DNA of 64,000 nucleotides from Octopus vulgaris (Eukaryota): assembly GCA_951406725.2 (NCBI GenBank), contig OX597841.1, positions 20,460,001 to 20,524,000 on the forward strand. The letters run 5' to 3'. A program made the position numbers and the translations under genes. The notes below the pieces were generated by a model. That model saw only the letters and a program-made list of their open reading frames with translations, searched no databases and was not told the DNA's origin. Of this stretch, positions 1-14,201 are shown one piece after another. Each line of letters begins with the position of its first letter. The stretch's first letter is position 1.

Positions 1-275
1 TACTAAATGTCCGAGTACATGATATGAACACTATATTTCAAAGTACATAATTTGGATCTTCGCATGTGGATGCATAGCATATTAGGAACAATAGATCTGC
101 ATGCCATAGGTTAGCTGGATATAAGTTGACCATGGGCTAAACTACAACAAATACACAAGTAGTATGAACAGTTGAGATAGTATTTATTCCATTTAATAAA
201 CCGCTCTGGGTTAGAGTATGCAATAGTTTATTTAGAAAAGTGTATTTGCATGATGAACCTCATGATTGTCTAATC

Positions 276-276
<1 letters not shown>

Positions 277-337
<61 letters not shown>
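277..337. repeat. (AG)n microsatellite
   Basis: Pure AG dinucleotide run seen directly. Confidence 0.95.
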
Positions 338-342
<5 letters not shown>

Positions 343-646
343 AGAGTGTGAGAGTGCAGAGAGAACAAGGGTAAGAGAGAGATGGTGGCAATGTGCCAGA
401 GCATACTCTAAAGGTATAGGGATGAGAATATAAATGGGATGGTAGTGGTAAAGTATATGCCGAGGGTGAACAGGGAGAGAGTTCATGTGAATGCAAAGAG
501 GGTGAAATCTGGGTATATAGAGGAGCAGGGTAGAACAGGATTGCAATGATGCAGTGAGGACCAGTAACACTTATGTGCCATAAGCTTGCTTGGTCAGAGC
601 TACACTGGTGCTATTAAGACAATAAATAACAGGAACAAGAACTAAC

Positions 647-744
647 CGTTGCACAATTCTGCTTCTGCATTCTCCGTAAGGCATATCCAGCCATCAGCAA
701 CAGAAGGGGGAACAAGAAAACGGCAAGGCGTATCGGTAAGGCAC
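647..744 (-). CDS. TIR / TMEM268-like gene, in-window exon 5 (second TM helix; gene continues beyond position 1)
   Basis: Acceptor tatttttcag|GT and donor ACG|gttagt; 98 nt, phase 1-0, matching the upstream exon; encodes (S)ALPIRLAVFLFPLLLLMAGYALRRMQKQNCAT. Confidence 0.8.
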
Positions 745-887
745 CTGAAAAATAGACATAAGAACAGGGAAAGCACAATGCAAAGATGGTTTCAATTATC
801 ACTATTATTTTATGCCCCTTCTTCACTATTGGGTGGGGGACGATGCAATGACATCAGGTGCAATGCACAGTGCAGGAAGCCTCATTG

Positions 888-1080
888 GGTGATGTAACAT
901 GCTTCAAAAGTTATAAGATTTACATTCTTTGTATTTTTTTTTTCTTATCACTCACTTCCTGATCACAAATTTCCTCACTTCACACACATTGTGTGAACTA
1001 CTAGCAACACATCACCAGCATCTGACTTGGAACAAAAGTGAAATGTAAAGCTTATAACTTTTGAAGCATGTTATGTCACC
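888..1080. mobile_element. MITE-like element with ~39-bp terminal inverted repeats
   Basis: ggtgatgtaacatgcttcaaaagttataagatttacatt is the near reverse complement of aatgtaaagcttataacttttgaagcatgttatgtcacc. Confidence 0.65.
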
Positions 1081-1273
1081 TTAAGCTATGTATGGTGCTT
1101 AAGGTGACATGGAGGAAGAAACCCCATACATAATTAAATGTATGCTCCTTGAACAACCAAGGGTTATATATATATGGTCCACTTCGAATAAAATTAAATC
1201 TAGAGTATCTCAACATATGTATTCTTTTAGGAAAAAAATCTAATAAATTCAAGAGGTCTCAGTAAATATATTT

Positions 1274-1346
1274 GGTTCCGTAGTGTAGTGGTTATCACAC
1301 TTGCTTCACACGCGAGAGGCCCTGGGTTTGATCCCCAGCGGAACCA
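1274..1346 (+). tRNA. tRNA-Val(CAC), possibly a pseudogene (T-loop TTTGATC instead of TTCGATC)
   Basis: 73 nt; acceptor stem GGTTCCG/CGGAACC; D-arm TAGTGTAGTGGTTATCAC; anticodon arm CTTGC-TTCACAC-GCGAG; T stem CTGGG/CCCAG; discriminator A. Confidence 0.85.
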
Positions 1347-1357
1347 GTGGTTTAATA

Positions 1358-1780
1358 GGCACAGGAGTGGCTGTGAGGTAAGTAGCTTGTTTACCAACCA
1401 CATGGTTCCGGGTTCAGTCCCACTGCGTGGCACCTTGGGCAAGTGTCTTCTACTATAGCCCCGGGCCGACCAAAGCCTTGTGAGTGGATTTGGTAGACGG
1501 AAACTGAAAAGAAGCCTGTCGTATATATGTATATATATATATATATACATGCGTGTGTGTGTTTGTGTGTCTGTGTTTGTCCCCTTAGCATTGCTTGACA
1601 ACCGATGCTGGTGTGTTTATGTCCCCGTTACTTAGCGGTTTGGCAAAAGAGACCGATAGAATAAGTACTGAGCTTACAAAGGAATAAGTCCCGGGGTCGA
1701 GTTGCTCGATTAAAAGGCAATGCTCCAGCATGGCCGCAGTCAAATGACTGAAACAAGTAAAAGAGTAAAAGAGTAAAGAG
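1358..1780 (+). mobile_element. tRNA-derived SINE family A, full length, with internal (TA)/(TG) microsatellite
   Basis: A/B-box-like head, CCTTGGGCAAGT core, 3' hairpin and (GTAAAAGA)n tail; near-identical copies at 6696, 14768, 24981 and 41536/43311. Confidence 0.9.
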
Positions 1781-3002
1781 AGATCTATTAAATATAAATT
1801 AACTTGGGGGGGTTATTTGTAGGGCTAAATCATATTGTATAGGGAGTAATTATTGTTCACTGTGTAATAATGAATTTAAAGAAATATTATTTAATAACAA
1901 TTATGGTGTTGGTAAACTCATTGGAGGAACGTAAAATTAAACGTAAACATAAATTAAATTACCTATATAATAGGTGTAGCTAATAAATAAATGATTATAT
2001 AAATATATTAGGATATATTAATTATAGTAATATGAATTAATTTAAATATTATATATTTATTTTACTTATTTATTATTTAGACTTTAAATTTATAGTAAAT
2101 AGTCATTTAAAATTAAATGCTAACATAAATTTATTTACCTATATAATACGTTTAACTTATTTTTCAGTATGTATAAAACATTATTTCGTTTTATGTTATT
2201 TATTTCTTGTAGAAATAATTTAATAGTGTTAGAGTATCATTTACTATATTATTATATATTATATTAATATATTTGAACAATATTAAACTTAAATATTTCT
2301 TAATACATAAATGATTATATATAATTTTATTAAGACCTATTAGTTATAGTAATAGAAATTAATTTAATATTATATTTTACGTAATAATTATTTGGAATTA
2401 AATTTATAGTCATTTGTTATTCTATTTTCCTTATTTTTCTTTAATTCATGAAGTTTAAATACTTTTCATCTTTTTCATTAATAAATAGTTTTCGTCATTT
2501 TCATTAATAATTTTATTCTATTTGATCAAACAACGTCTTCACGAGTTTAATTTCTTATAAACGCTAAGACCTATTTTTTTTACATTTAAAATTCAGTTAT
2601 ATAATTTTCATCGACAAGCTAAGTAATGTTTTTTGGTTATCAATATTATTTGGCTTTTGAATTGTAATGGGTTTGATTATTATTATTATTATTGTTGTTG
2701 TTGTTGTTATTATTATTATTATTGTTGTTGAAATATTATTATTTTTATATATAGTTTCTTGATAGTTATTAGTTATGATATCCATTTATTTAATATGCTT
2801 TATTATTATTTTTTTATAAAGGGATTTAATGTAATATATATAATTTAATTTGAGAATTAGTTTTGTTAGACAATACATTATTTAATAATTAGGTGGTCTA
2901 TTTATTACGTAGTATTACATTTAAGTAAATTAGTTTTATATTAATTGATATTTTGGTCAACTATATTATTGAGGGAAATATTAAATCTATAGATACTACA
3001 TA

Positions 3003-4292
3003 CAAGGGACGTTCAATAAGTAATGCCTCTGACCCACTTGCAGTTGCTTGATCTAGCTGAAATTTTGCATGTGCAATCATTTATATCTCTATAGAGTAAG
3101 TGGCAAATTACAGCTCTGAATTAATTGTGGTTTCTGATTTACAGGTGTTTGAACCGAGTCAAGTGTGAAATGGAGCCTGTTGAGTGTCGAGCAGTGATCC
3201 GGGTTTTGTATTTGAAAGGACACACACCACGGGAGACTTTTCATGAAATGAAAGTAACTTATGTTGATGATGCCCCATCATATGACCTTGTAAAACGCTA
3301 GCATCGTGAATTCAAACATGGTCGAAACTCTGTGGAAACATTTCCCAGATCTGGTCGCCCCTTCTGCCATTGATGAGGCATCTGTCCGTCAAGTTGAGGC
3401 TGCCATTTTGGAAGATCGACGCATAATTATTCGCCAAATAGCCCATGAGGTCAAGATTAGTACCGGGTCTGTGGAAACTATCATTCATGACCATTTGCAT
3501 ATGCAAAAGGTGTCTGCCAGATGGATTCCCAGGTTGCTCACGCCTTTCCAGAAGCAAGAACGCGTCGAGTGCTCGAGGGTGAATTTGGAGATGTGCCAAG
3601 AAGATGAGTCAAAACTTTTCAAAAGACTGATTACACAGGATGAAACCTGGGTCCATCACGATGATCCAGAGACCAAAGCCCAGTCAATGCAGTGGAAGCA
3701 CTGTGACTCACCCCCTCCAAAGAAAGCAAGGGTGCAGCCCTCCGCTGGCAAGGTCATGCTCACAGTCTTCTGGGACCAGGACGGAGTAGTGATGACAGAT
3801 TTCCTGGCAAAGGGTACCACAATTGCAGGAGCTTATTATGCTTCACTTTTGAGGAAATTAAGAGAAGTTATCAAAATCAAGAGGCGGGGCAAGATCAGCA
3901 AAGGCATCCTCCTCCTGCAGGACAACGCTCCGGTCCACAACTCACTTGTCGCCAGATCAGAAGCACAGGCGTATGGCTATGAACTCCTCCCCCATCCCCC
4001 TACTTTCCTGACCTTGCACCCTCTGATTTTCACCTCTTCCCAGTCATGAAGTTGTTTTTGAAAGGAAAGTGTTTCCCAGATGATGCAGCCTTGATTTCTG
4101 AAGTCACGTTGAGGTTGGAGGACCAAGCTGGGGTCTTCTACAAAAACGGTCTCCAGAGCTGCATCAAACAATGGGAGAAATACGTAACTCTGGGTGGTTC
4201 CTATGTAGAAAAAGACTAATAACTGTGCCAAGTTTCGTTGCTCTACTGCTATGGGAAGTGGGTCAGGGGCATTACTTATTGAACGCCCCTCG
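3003..4292 (+). mobile_element. Full-length mariner (DD34D) transposon, frameshifted transposase
   Basis: ~37-bp TIRs flanked by TA (3001-3002, 4293-4294); ATG at 3170; motifs WIPRLLT, ITQDETW, LQDNAP and, out of frame, PDLAPSDF. Confidence 0.95.
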
Positions 4293-4299
4293 TATATAT

Positions 4300-4751
4300 T
4301 AATAATATAGTTAGTTTATATAATGGGTGTGTGTATATTTGAACCATTAAATAGTATTTAAATTATGATAATTCAAATTATTATCATCTATTAAAGTTAC
4401 CATAGACTACATTATCTAAATTACAATTATTATTAAATTTAAATGTAGTCTTATCCCTATATGTACAATAAATTAAATCTTGGTCTTTGTTATTATTATT
4501 GGAATCAATATTTAATCTATCTTTATAGAATTTCTTAAATTTAAATATATTATATGAAAAATAATATTACCAACATTATTAGTAGTTGAATACCCAACTC
4601 CAAAATTATCTTTAGAAAAAATGTTATAATATTTTTTATTATCCCTAATGAATATTTCAATTATATTTTAAAATCTCTTTAATAAGATTTGTTTTAACCT
4701 GAACCCCAAAAGGAACGATTAACTATATTTTATTTTTATTTTTATTTTATA

Positions 4752-4782
<31 letters not shown>

Positions 4783-5990
4783 TATTATCATATTTTTTAG
4801 TAATATTAAAATTATTATCTTCATTAATTGAATTAAATTTTATCTTATTTTAATTTTTATTTCTATTTTTATTTTTTATTCCAATATTAAATGTATGATT
4901 TACATCATCAAAATACCTATTATTATTAAGACAATATTTTCCTAATCCAGATAATTAGATTTATCATTATAAAAATCATTTAGATAATTTATTTCAAATT
5001 ATAATTATGTTTACAAGTATTAAAGTTATTATTATTATTATTGTATCCTGCTTCATGTAGGTCTTTATTATAATAAGGTGCATGTTTATTAAAAATCTCT
5101 AAATCATAAGAAAGTAAGGATATTCTTTTACCTACATTATTTATCAACGATTTTTTAACAGAAGGTGGATGATTACTATAAGCATTAATATATCTGAGAT
5201 TTTCATTAATTTTATGGAATGGCTGGGTTTTACCCGTTATTAAATTAAAATTAACATCTAAATAATTAACATTATAGTTCTCATTATAAATAGTAATACT
5301 TAAACCATATCTTTTAAAGAAATTATAAAGTTTCTTTTTATATAATTCTAATTTTCTATTTGTACAATCTCTAGTAAGTAATACAAGGTCATCCCTATAT
5401 AAACCAACCTCCAAATTTAAATTTTCAAATTGAAGTTCTGATAATAAATAAATACCTACTAAATCAGTAGCCTGTGCAGAATCTGGTGCCCCCATAGGTA
5501 TATCAAAAAAGTTTCTAGTATCCTTCCTAGCCCATAATTTATTATTGTATCTAATGAATGATTTCCTAGCCATCTTAATAACATTAACTTCATCAGAGTT
5601 CATTCTTACCTTATTCATTGCATATATTAGGGCTTTATTAAGAATAATAATAATTATAGAAGAATAATAATTATCTATATCTATTTGAATGAACTTAGAT
5701 TTATTTTTATCTTTAGTATTATGAAACCATTTTAAAGTATCATTAGTACTGGTCCAAAGTTTAAGGTAATTAAATTCATTTAATCTATTAATGTATTTAT
5801 CCAGAATAATTTTACTTAATTTACCTAAATCTGATTTACATGGACAAATTAATCTAACCTTAGGGTCATAGTAAAAATATTCCTTGTGGTCTTTCAAAGT
5901 TATTCTAGGGTGCATAGGTACATAAGGTTCAGTTTTATTATTTTGCACATTACTTAATCGTCATTATATGTTTTATCTTATATTTAATCT
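4300..5990 (-). mobile_element. Penelope-like retroelement remnant (reverse transcriptase), very AT-rich
   Basis: ORF 4989-5948 carries TLKDHK, PKVRLI, FIQIDI, PMGAPDSAQ, GLYRDD, YLDV, SNHPP; downstream IVPFGVQVKTNL and GVGYS segments near 4580-4720. Confidence 0.85.
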
Positions 5991-6171
5991 TTCTATAATA
6001 TGTAATTTTTTAGATGGTATAATTTAATTTTTCATTTTGAATTGATAAAAGGTGTTTTTTTTCTAATTTATACACACACACACACATATATATATACATA
6101 CACACACATATATATATATACACACATACACACACACATATATATATACACATATATATACACATATCTAT

Positions 6172-6206
<35 letters not shown>

Positions 6207-6400
6207 CACACACACGTGGTTCTGAAGCTACTGAACTATCTGACTATATCTGCTCAGATATAGACTGTCTAAATTCTTTTCAAAAAAGACAAGCTGCCGC
6301 TGTCTGGAGCGTCTTTGGTGTGTTCAGTCAGCTCCACTTTCCACTTCATTAGGAATGGCCATTAAACAGAAGCAAAAAAATAAAAAAGAAACCAACTCAC

Positions 6401-6578
6401 TTGACTTTGGAGCATCAATGAGAAGGAAGATGACAAGAAGGAAAGAGACAATCCATATGATGGAGAGGATGAAGATTATGACGACTGGCTTCATGGTAAA
6501 CTGCCATCCAAGACTGTTCATTATCTCAGCATCATTCACAATATTTTTCATAATGTTTGTGAATTCGTTGTGACTCAC
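6401..6578 (-). CDS. TIR / TMEM268-like gene, in-window exon 4 (first TM helix)
   Basis: Acceptor ttccttttttccag|GTG and donor TCAA|gtgagt; 178 nt, phase 0-1; encodes VSHNEFTNIMKNIVNDAEIMNSLGWQFTMKPVVIIFILSIIWIVSFLLVIFLLIDAPKS. Confidence 0.87.
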
Positions 6579-6695
6579 CTGGAAAAAAGGAAAGAGAGAA
6601 AAATAACAACAGTAATACAAGAAAATAGTTGTGGTAGTAGTAGTAACAGCAACAGCAGTTCTGGTAATACTGGTGGAATGCAAATTACCTATGTA

Positions 6696-6879
6696 GGCGC
6701 AGGAGTGGCTGTGTGGTAAGTAGCTTGCTTACCAACCACATGGTTCTGGGTTCAGTCCCACTGCGTGGCACCTTGGGCAAGTGTCTTCCACTATTGCCTT
6801 GGACTGACCAAAGCCTTGTGAGTGGATTTGGTAGACGGAAACTGAAAAGAAGCCCATCGTATATATGTATATGTATGTG

Positions 6880-6916
<37 letters not shown>

Positions 6917-7068
6917 ATGTTTGTGTGTCTCTGTCTGTCCCCCCCCAAATCACTTGACAACCAATAGTGGTGTGTTTACGTCCCCGTAACTTAGCAAAAG
7001 AGACCAATAGAGTAAGTACTAGGCTTCCAAAGAATAAGTCCTGGGGTCGATTTGCTCGACTAAAGGCA
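6696..7068 (+). mobile_element. SINE family A, 3'-truncated
   Basis: High similarity to 1358-1780. Confidence 0.9.
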
Positions 7069-7239
7069 GTTCTTCTGTTAACTTTTTGATCTTGATCAAT
7101 GTTTTTCTCATTTGAAAAAACCAAATCAAATCTTTTTCTGCTGGATTTTTCAGTTTGTTTAAAAGCCTTTTAGATCTGATGTAGTGATTTTCTTCTGCTT
7201 TTTCTGACAAATTGACCTTTCCTCATCCTATAAGACTTG

Positions 7240-7565
7240 ATAGCATGTAAAAAGCACCATCTGAATGTGGTCGATACCAGTCCAACCACCCACACCCCCG
7301 ACTGGCTCCTGTGCTGGTGGCATGTAAAGAGCATCATCTGAACATGGTTGATGCCAGTGCCATCTGACTGGCTCCTGTGCTGATGGCACAAAAAAAGCAT
7401 CCACTACACTCTCAGAGTGGTCGGCATTAGGAAGGGCATCCAGCTGTAGAAAACCTGCCAGATCAGATTGGAACTTCGCACAGCTTACTGGCTTGCCGGT
7501 CCCTAGTCAAACCATTCAATCCATGCCAGCAAGGAAAGTGGACATTAAACGATGATGATAATGAT
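7240..7565 (+). mobile_element. RTE LINE 3'-UTR fragment with (GAT)n tail
   Basis: Matches the 3' end of the RTE element at about 27500-27702. Confidence 0.8.
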
Positions 7566-7961
7566 CTGATGTCTGCATGGACAACATTTCTGACTGTTCC
7601 TTCTGACACATGGAGATCTTTTGCAGTTGACGTCATAGACTTTCTGGGATTATAATCAATGATCTGTTGAACTTGCTGGATACATTCAGCTGTTCTGATG
7701 ATTTCAGAGTGTTTAGAATGCTTTCTATGCTTTGATACCGGTGATATGTTTCCATCTTTGTAGATGAAAGATCTGGCGACTTTTAAAAAATCAAGATATT
7801 TCTCAATCACTATGTTCACAATAACATCATGCCTCTTCATTTCTTGAGTAATCTGAGAGTCTGCCATTATTATTTTCTGAAACAAAGATTATACAGAGTT
7901 AGCAAAAACTGCAGCAATTACCCAGAAAAAGTATATCCTCAAATCCCTTATGCACCCTGTA
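7566..7961 (-). mobile_element. Tc1/mariner-superfamily 5' fragment
   Basis: Terminus TA-CAGGGTG at ~7961; ORF 7463-7885 resembles a transposase HTH region (NPRKSMTSTAKDLHVSEGTVRNVVH). Confidence 0.65.
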
Positions 7962-8020
7962 CTGACACACATATTTAATTTAACTCCTAGACTTCTTTAA
8001 TTGGAAATATCAAAATAATA

Positions 8021-8928
8021 CAATTGCAGCATGGAAGGTGTTTGTAAGCCATTTAAGAAACACACAAAAGCCGTTCGATTCACTTCAACATTTAAGTTTA
8101 ATTTATCAAAATATTTTTGTTGCTTGAAGGCCGCGACCTGTTCACTGACAAAAATCCGTGCTGCATCTGAGAAAGTAACAGTTAGTTCGTTATATATATG
8201 TACGTATGTATGCACGCATGTATGCATGCATGTATGTATGTATGTACGTATGTACGCATGTGTGTATGTATGTATGTATGTATGTATGTATGTATGTATG
8301 TATGTGTGTATATGCACGTACACACACACACACACACTATAAACTTAAAGCTATAAACCTGTAGTGATGGATAGGTGTAGACTGACCACTCATTACAACA
8401 ATATCGAATTTCAACCTCCCCCTCCTGCCGAAACTAGGAAGTGATTTACGACCCTTACCCTCACGCCAAAACTCTAAAACCTATTATCAGCCACTTATCT
8501 CTATATCTCAAAACTTTTGTATGTATGTGAGTATACTCACATACATACGTAGCACATAAGTACAAACATACATACATGCGTATGGGCATACACACGTACA
8601 TATGCACATACACGTACACACATACACACATACGCACATACATACATACACATATACATACATACACACATGCATACGTACGTACATACATACATACATA
8701 CATGCATGCATACATGTGTGCATACATACATACACACATACGTACGTACATATACATAATGAACTAACTGTTACTTTCTCAGATGCAGCATGGATTTTTG
8801 TCAGTGAACAGGTCACGGATTTTAGCGACGAAAATATTTTGACAAATTAAACTTAAATGTTGAAGTGAATCGAACGGTTTTTGTGTGTTTCTTAAATGGC
8901 TTATAAACACCTTCCAATGCTGCAATTG
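8021..8928. mobile_element. Foldback-type element with ~170-bp inverted arms plus inverted microsatellites
   Basis: 8021-8190 is the reverse complement of ~8758-8928; inner (TATG)n faces (CATA)n. Confidence 0.8.
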
Positions 8929-9099
8929 TTTTCGTTTCAGCACACGATCTCAGATCAAATCACTTGCTATGCGAGTACATCTCCGTAATCAAAATAATAG
9001 TAATCTGTTAAATGCTTGAAGAAAATTGTGAATATGAATGCATTGTCTGAAAGGGTATTGATAATAGTTTCTGTATTAAATAAAAAATGACAACTGTAC

Positions 9100-9770
9100 T
9101 TCTTGGTAGTTTATAGGAGAAAGTTTTTACAACATTTCTTGTAGACTTGCATTCCTTCAATATTTTAACATTTTCGTTCTTTATTCCCCAGCTTAAAGCT
9201 ACATATAGCTGGCCATACTGGAAGAATGGTTTCTCGAGATAAATTAGGACATTCTGCATGGTATACCCATGGACTTTACAGGGAACAGCTGGAACGTTCT
9301 TGGCTTTGGATAAAAGAAAATACAGGAGGATCAGTTAATTATGATTTTATTTAACATATTTCCCTCTCAAATTCACAGACTTATTGCAGTGGTCCTTTAG
9401 TTTTTCTAAGCCCTGTAAAAAAACTTGGAAGGTTGACCTCCAGCCAGGCCTTTCAAGATACCTTAAAGCCAGGAACTTTTCAGCTCCCCTTGTATGTACA
9501 ATCATTGTAAAACATGGCTGTATTGGGAGATGGACCTGCTGAACAGGTATGGACCTGCTGAACAGGTATGGACCTGCTGAACAGGTATGGACCTGCTGAA
9601 CAGGTACCATCAGAAGTATTGAGTTTCATTCTAAGAATCATGACATTGTCATTTTTTAATGCACCAACATTGATCTTGGCTATGATTAGATTCTTGTGCA
9701 TTTCTTGTACAATCATCCATGTTTCATTGCAAAGCCTTGAATTGTCTTAGATTCTCATTGAAATTTTGAG
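9100..9770 (-). mobile_element. Helitron PIF1-like helicase C-terminal remnant
   Basis: YLEKPFFQYGQLYVALS, ILRMKLNTSD and LPIQPCFTMIVH match degenerate PIF1/Helitron helicase motifs. Confidence 0.7.
9278..9493. mobile_element. mariner-derived MITE nested in the Helitron remnant
   Basis: Terminus TACAAGGGGAGCTGAAAAGTTCCTGG on the minus strand; homologous copy at ~17310-17510. Confidence 0.7.
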
Positions 9771-9779
9771 GGATCATCT

Positions 9780-9948
9780 CGTCCCGTAACTTAGCAGTTT
9801 GACAAAAAGAGGACGATAAAAGAATCATCAGGCTTAGCAAAAACTTTAAGTATTAGGGTCAATTCATTGAACTAAAATTCTTCAAGGCAATGCCCCAGCA
9901 TGGCCTTAGTCTATTGACTAAAACAAGTAAAAGACGAAAGATAAAAGA
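9780..9948 (+). mobile_element. SINE family A-related 3' half, diverged
   Basis: gtcccgtaacttagcag ... gccccagcatggccttagtctattgactaaaacaagtaaaag. Confidence 0.75.
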
Positions 9949-10535
9949 TCAGCTCATTCACCCATGGTACTGAATGAACAGAATTCTTTCTTTTTGGGAA
10001 CAACTAATACATTCTGAATTGATTTTACTCATTTCATTCTGATGAAACAAGATATAATTCTTAGAAAACAATTCCAGAGGATTGTTGAATTTTGGATAGA
10101 TGAAATCAATGTAATCAATGCATTAGAGTCATCAAAACAAATCAACACAAACTTAAAAAGAGTTTTAAAAATTAGAATAATGAAAATTTGAACTGTAAAT
10201 AATCTGTAAAGAAAGATATAAGTCTCTAAAACATAAAATAATATATAATCTATGCAAAATAAATAACGCTATTTTTCTATCACCTTCTTTTTCTGTCATT
10301 TTACTCTCGATTTCTTCCCAAATAAGAAAGAAACAAATGACCAGCACTTGAGAAGGAATGTGAAAGAGAAAGAAGAGGGAGGGTGGTAGATTAATAGAAA
10401 AAAGCAAAAGAAACTGAGACAGAGATGAAGAAATGTATACCACACCACATAACACTTGCCATCTCACAAACACAAGTATACACTTACACACACACACACA
10501 CACACACACACTATACACACTGACTCAATACTTAC

Positions 10536-10657
10536 ATTAATTCCATGACAGCTGAGGGGTGTCGGAACAGTTCCATCATAGTCAAAGACTAGAGTTGCCT
10601 TCCACTGGCCATTGATTCGGCCAGTGATTGTAGCTATCAACTGACCATTTGACAAAT
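10536..10657 (-). CDS. TIR / TMEM268-like gene, in-window exon 3
   Basis: Acceptor tatttttacag|AT and donor AAT|gtaagt; 122 nt, phase 1-0; encodes (N)LSNGQLIATITGRINGQWKATLVFDYDGTVPTPLSCHGIN. Confidence 0.87.
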
Positions 10658-11940
10658 CTGTAAAAATACAAGAATATTTACATTTTAGTGGGATGGAAAC
10701 AAAAGGGTAGAAGAACTGAGAAGAGTTAAAAGTCATAGAAAAATGGCTAGATAGAACTCGTTAGCCTTGGTCTAAGAGAAGGAACACTCTGATTTAAAAA
10801 CTGGGGTAGATAGAATCCCTTAGTCACCTTGGTAACAACCTGTCAGTGGCCATCTTTGTGATGAAAGCAAATGAGCCATGACTCAATAACCAGATTCCAA
10901 GTAACGGTTGGATGAGGATATGGGGCCCATACATGTCATGAGGATACGGGGCTGACCAACGCCATGATAAGAACCATAGACACCATATAAATGACAAGTG
11001 TTCGTGGTTCCCAACACTCAAAAATGAGAATGGGGATAGTCTCAACTTATGGTTAGTAAGAGCTAATCAGTCTTGGTTGGCAAGCTTTCTAAAGATGGTG
11101 TATTGATAAAAATACTGGGCTGGTAGCTAACTTGAAAGCAAACCTCAATATGAAGTGAAAATGTCCAATACAAATATAATGAATAATGGTGTTAATTAGG
11201 CTGGAACTAACAGTGAAAGTCTTTTGCCCATGTTGGTGCCCTGTGGCTGTACAGCACAGGCGTGGTCATCATCCAGAGACTACTGAAACTCAAGGTCAAA
11301 GGCAGAGAAAATGATGAGACTTGGAGGTGAACCAAACTGTAATTGAGAACTGGATTAGAAGTGAATCGAATCGAAGGGGATCTTTGAAACGCAGGAAATT
11401 AAAATGGGACGAAATAGAATTCTTTCAGATAAGTGAACAATGCTTAACTGATCAGGTAAGAGTAATATGAAAAGATGGGTGGTTAACAGGCATAGAAATT
11501 GAAGAAATAAAAAGGGAAGTAGAAAACAATGATAGCATTGCACCAGCAGAGATCCTACCTATTGAGGACAAAGCAATGAACGGAAGCCGAGAAGGTGAAG
11601 GGCAACAAATGAAGTGGAAGTAATGAGAAGGGCCATATTGCAAGGATATGAGGATGATCAACAAGGCATAGTGAGGACAATGTATCGATAAATAAGAGAA
11701 AACCAGGATGAAATACCTCCCAGTCTGAGATATGTAGACAGGTGTAAGCTAAAAGCAGAAACCAAAAGTATAGATTTTGTTCCTTGACTATTTCAAGATT
11801 GTCTGAGTTGCAGCAAAGGTTGCCATGGAAACAGTTGGATACAAAAGAACAGAACATAACAAAAAGATCTATATTAGCATAGAGAAATTTGTGAGAAACA
11901 AACAAAATTTAAAAAGGGATTCGGGACAAGATGATAGCTC

Positions 11941-13119
<1,179 letters not shown>

Positions 13120-13120
<1 letters not shown>

Positions 13121-13825
13121 TGCCAGTAACTCTATACAATTCTATACCTAGAAAGATGAAGGGTGATATTCATCCTTTGGCTAAGAGAAGAGGAGTCACG
13201 GTTATAGTTTCTAGGTTTGTATCTACTATAATAGCTTCCAAGTTTAGAGTTGCACAATATCATAACTTAATTGTTTTCCTACTAAAAATTTCATGGTACC
13301 AGTGGAGAAAGTTTCTAACAGTTATAGAAGGTCCTTGCAATTGAGGTTTTTGGTGTTATTATACCAACATATACGGGGCTTCTTTATAACATTCAGTATC
13401 ATTTCTGAATATCGTATGATTGGCAAAAAGATTAGAAAATTCTAACGGAAATGTTCTTAACTACTGGAGATGTTCTTGACAGAGAATAGGTGATTAGAAG
13501 ATCTATAGCCATACACCAAGTTCTTGTTTAGTTTATAGCAGGGGTAGTAAGTTTGTGAGTTACATTCTAAGGTTAAATCCAGGAAGTTAACAGATAAAAG
13601 TCTCTTTCAAACAAGATTGCTAGAAGAAAGTTTTTGAAAAACTTATATAATTTTTCCTTAAGCTATCAAGGGATAAAAAGTGGCTAAAAAAAAAGCAAGT
13701 AGAGTGTTGTCACAGTACAAACCTCCACCAACATAGGAAAAAACTTTGAGAGGTCATCTAAAAGACACAGACCAACAAGGTTGGTAACCTGTGCAGAATC
13801 AGATGAGCCCATTGTTATCTCAAGC
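13120..13825 (-). mobile_element. Degenerate Penelope-like RT fragment
   Basis: LEITMGSSDSAQVTNLVGL at ~13770-13825 is homologous to PMGAPDSAQATDLVG of the 4989-5948 ORF. Confidence 0.65.
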
Positions 13826-14201
13826 TGTATGAGATGATCCCTTTGTATTTCTCTGACTTTTTACTTGTATTTTATCTTCTTTTCCCCCCACCCACACCAC
13901 TCCAAGATTTTGCTTGTTCCCTCACCCACATACCTATTTACATATTTATTTATTCATATTTTCATTTATCTATTTATTCATTTAGTTGATCCATTCTTTC
14001 TTTTCACGCCAATCTAGTTCTGCCTTTCCCCTCTCTCTAATCTATTCCTTTCTCTTCCCTGTTCCCTTAAAGCTTCACTAAATCTTTCATCATGCATCTC
14101 TATACTGGGATTAAACAACAACAACAACTACTACTACTGCAATCAATGATGACAATGGCCACAACTACCACATGGTCAATGTATGAGTGTTCAATACTTA
14201 C

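Noticed and set aside
1780-3000. Possible mitochondrial insertion (very AT-rich)
   Set aside because: No recognisable mitochondrial gene; better explained as the continuation of the Penelope-like element
9531-9606. 19-bp unit repeated four times, superficially CRISPR-like
   Set aside because: Head-to-tail with no spacers, inside a Helitron remnant in eukaryotic DNA
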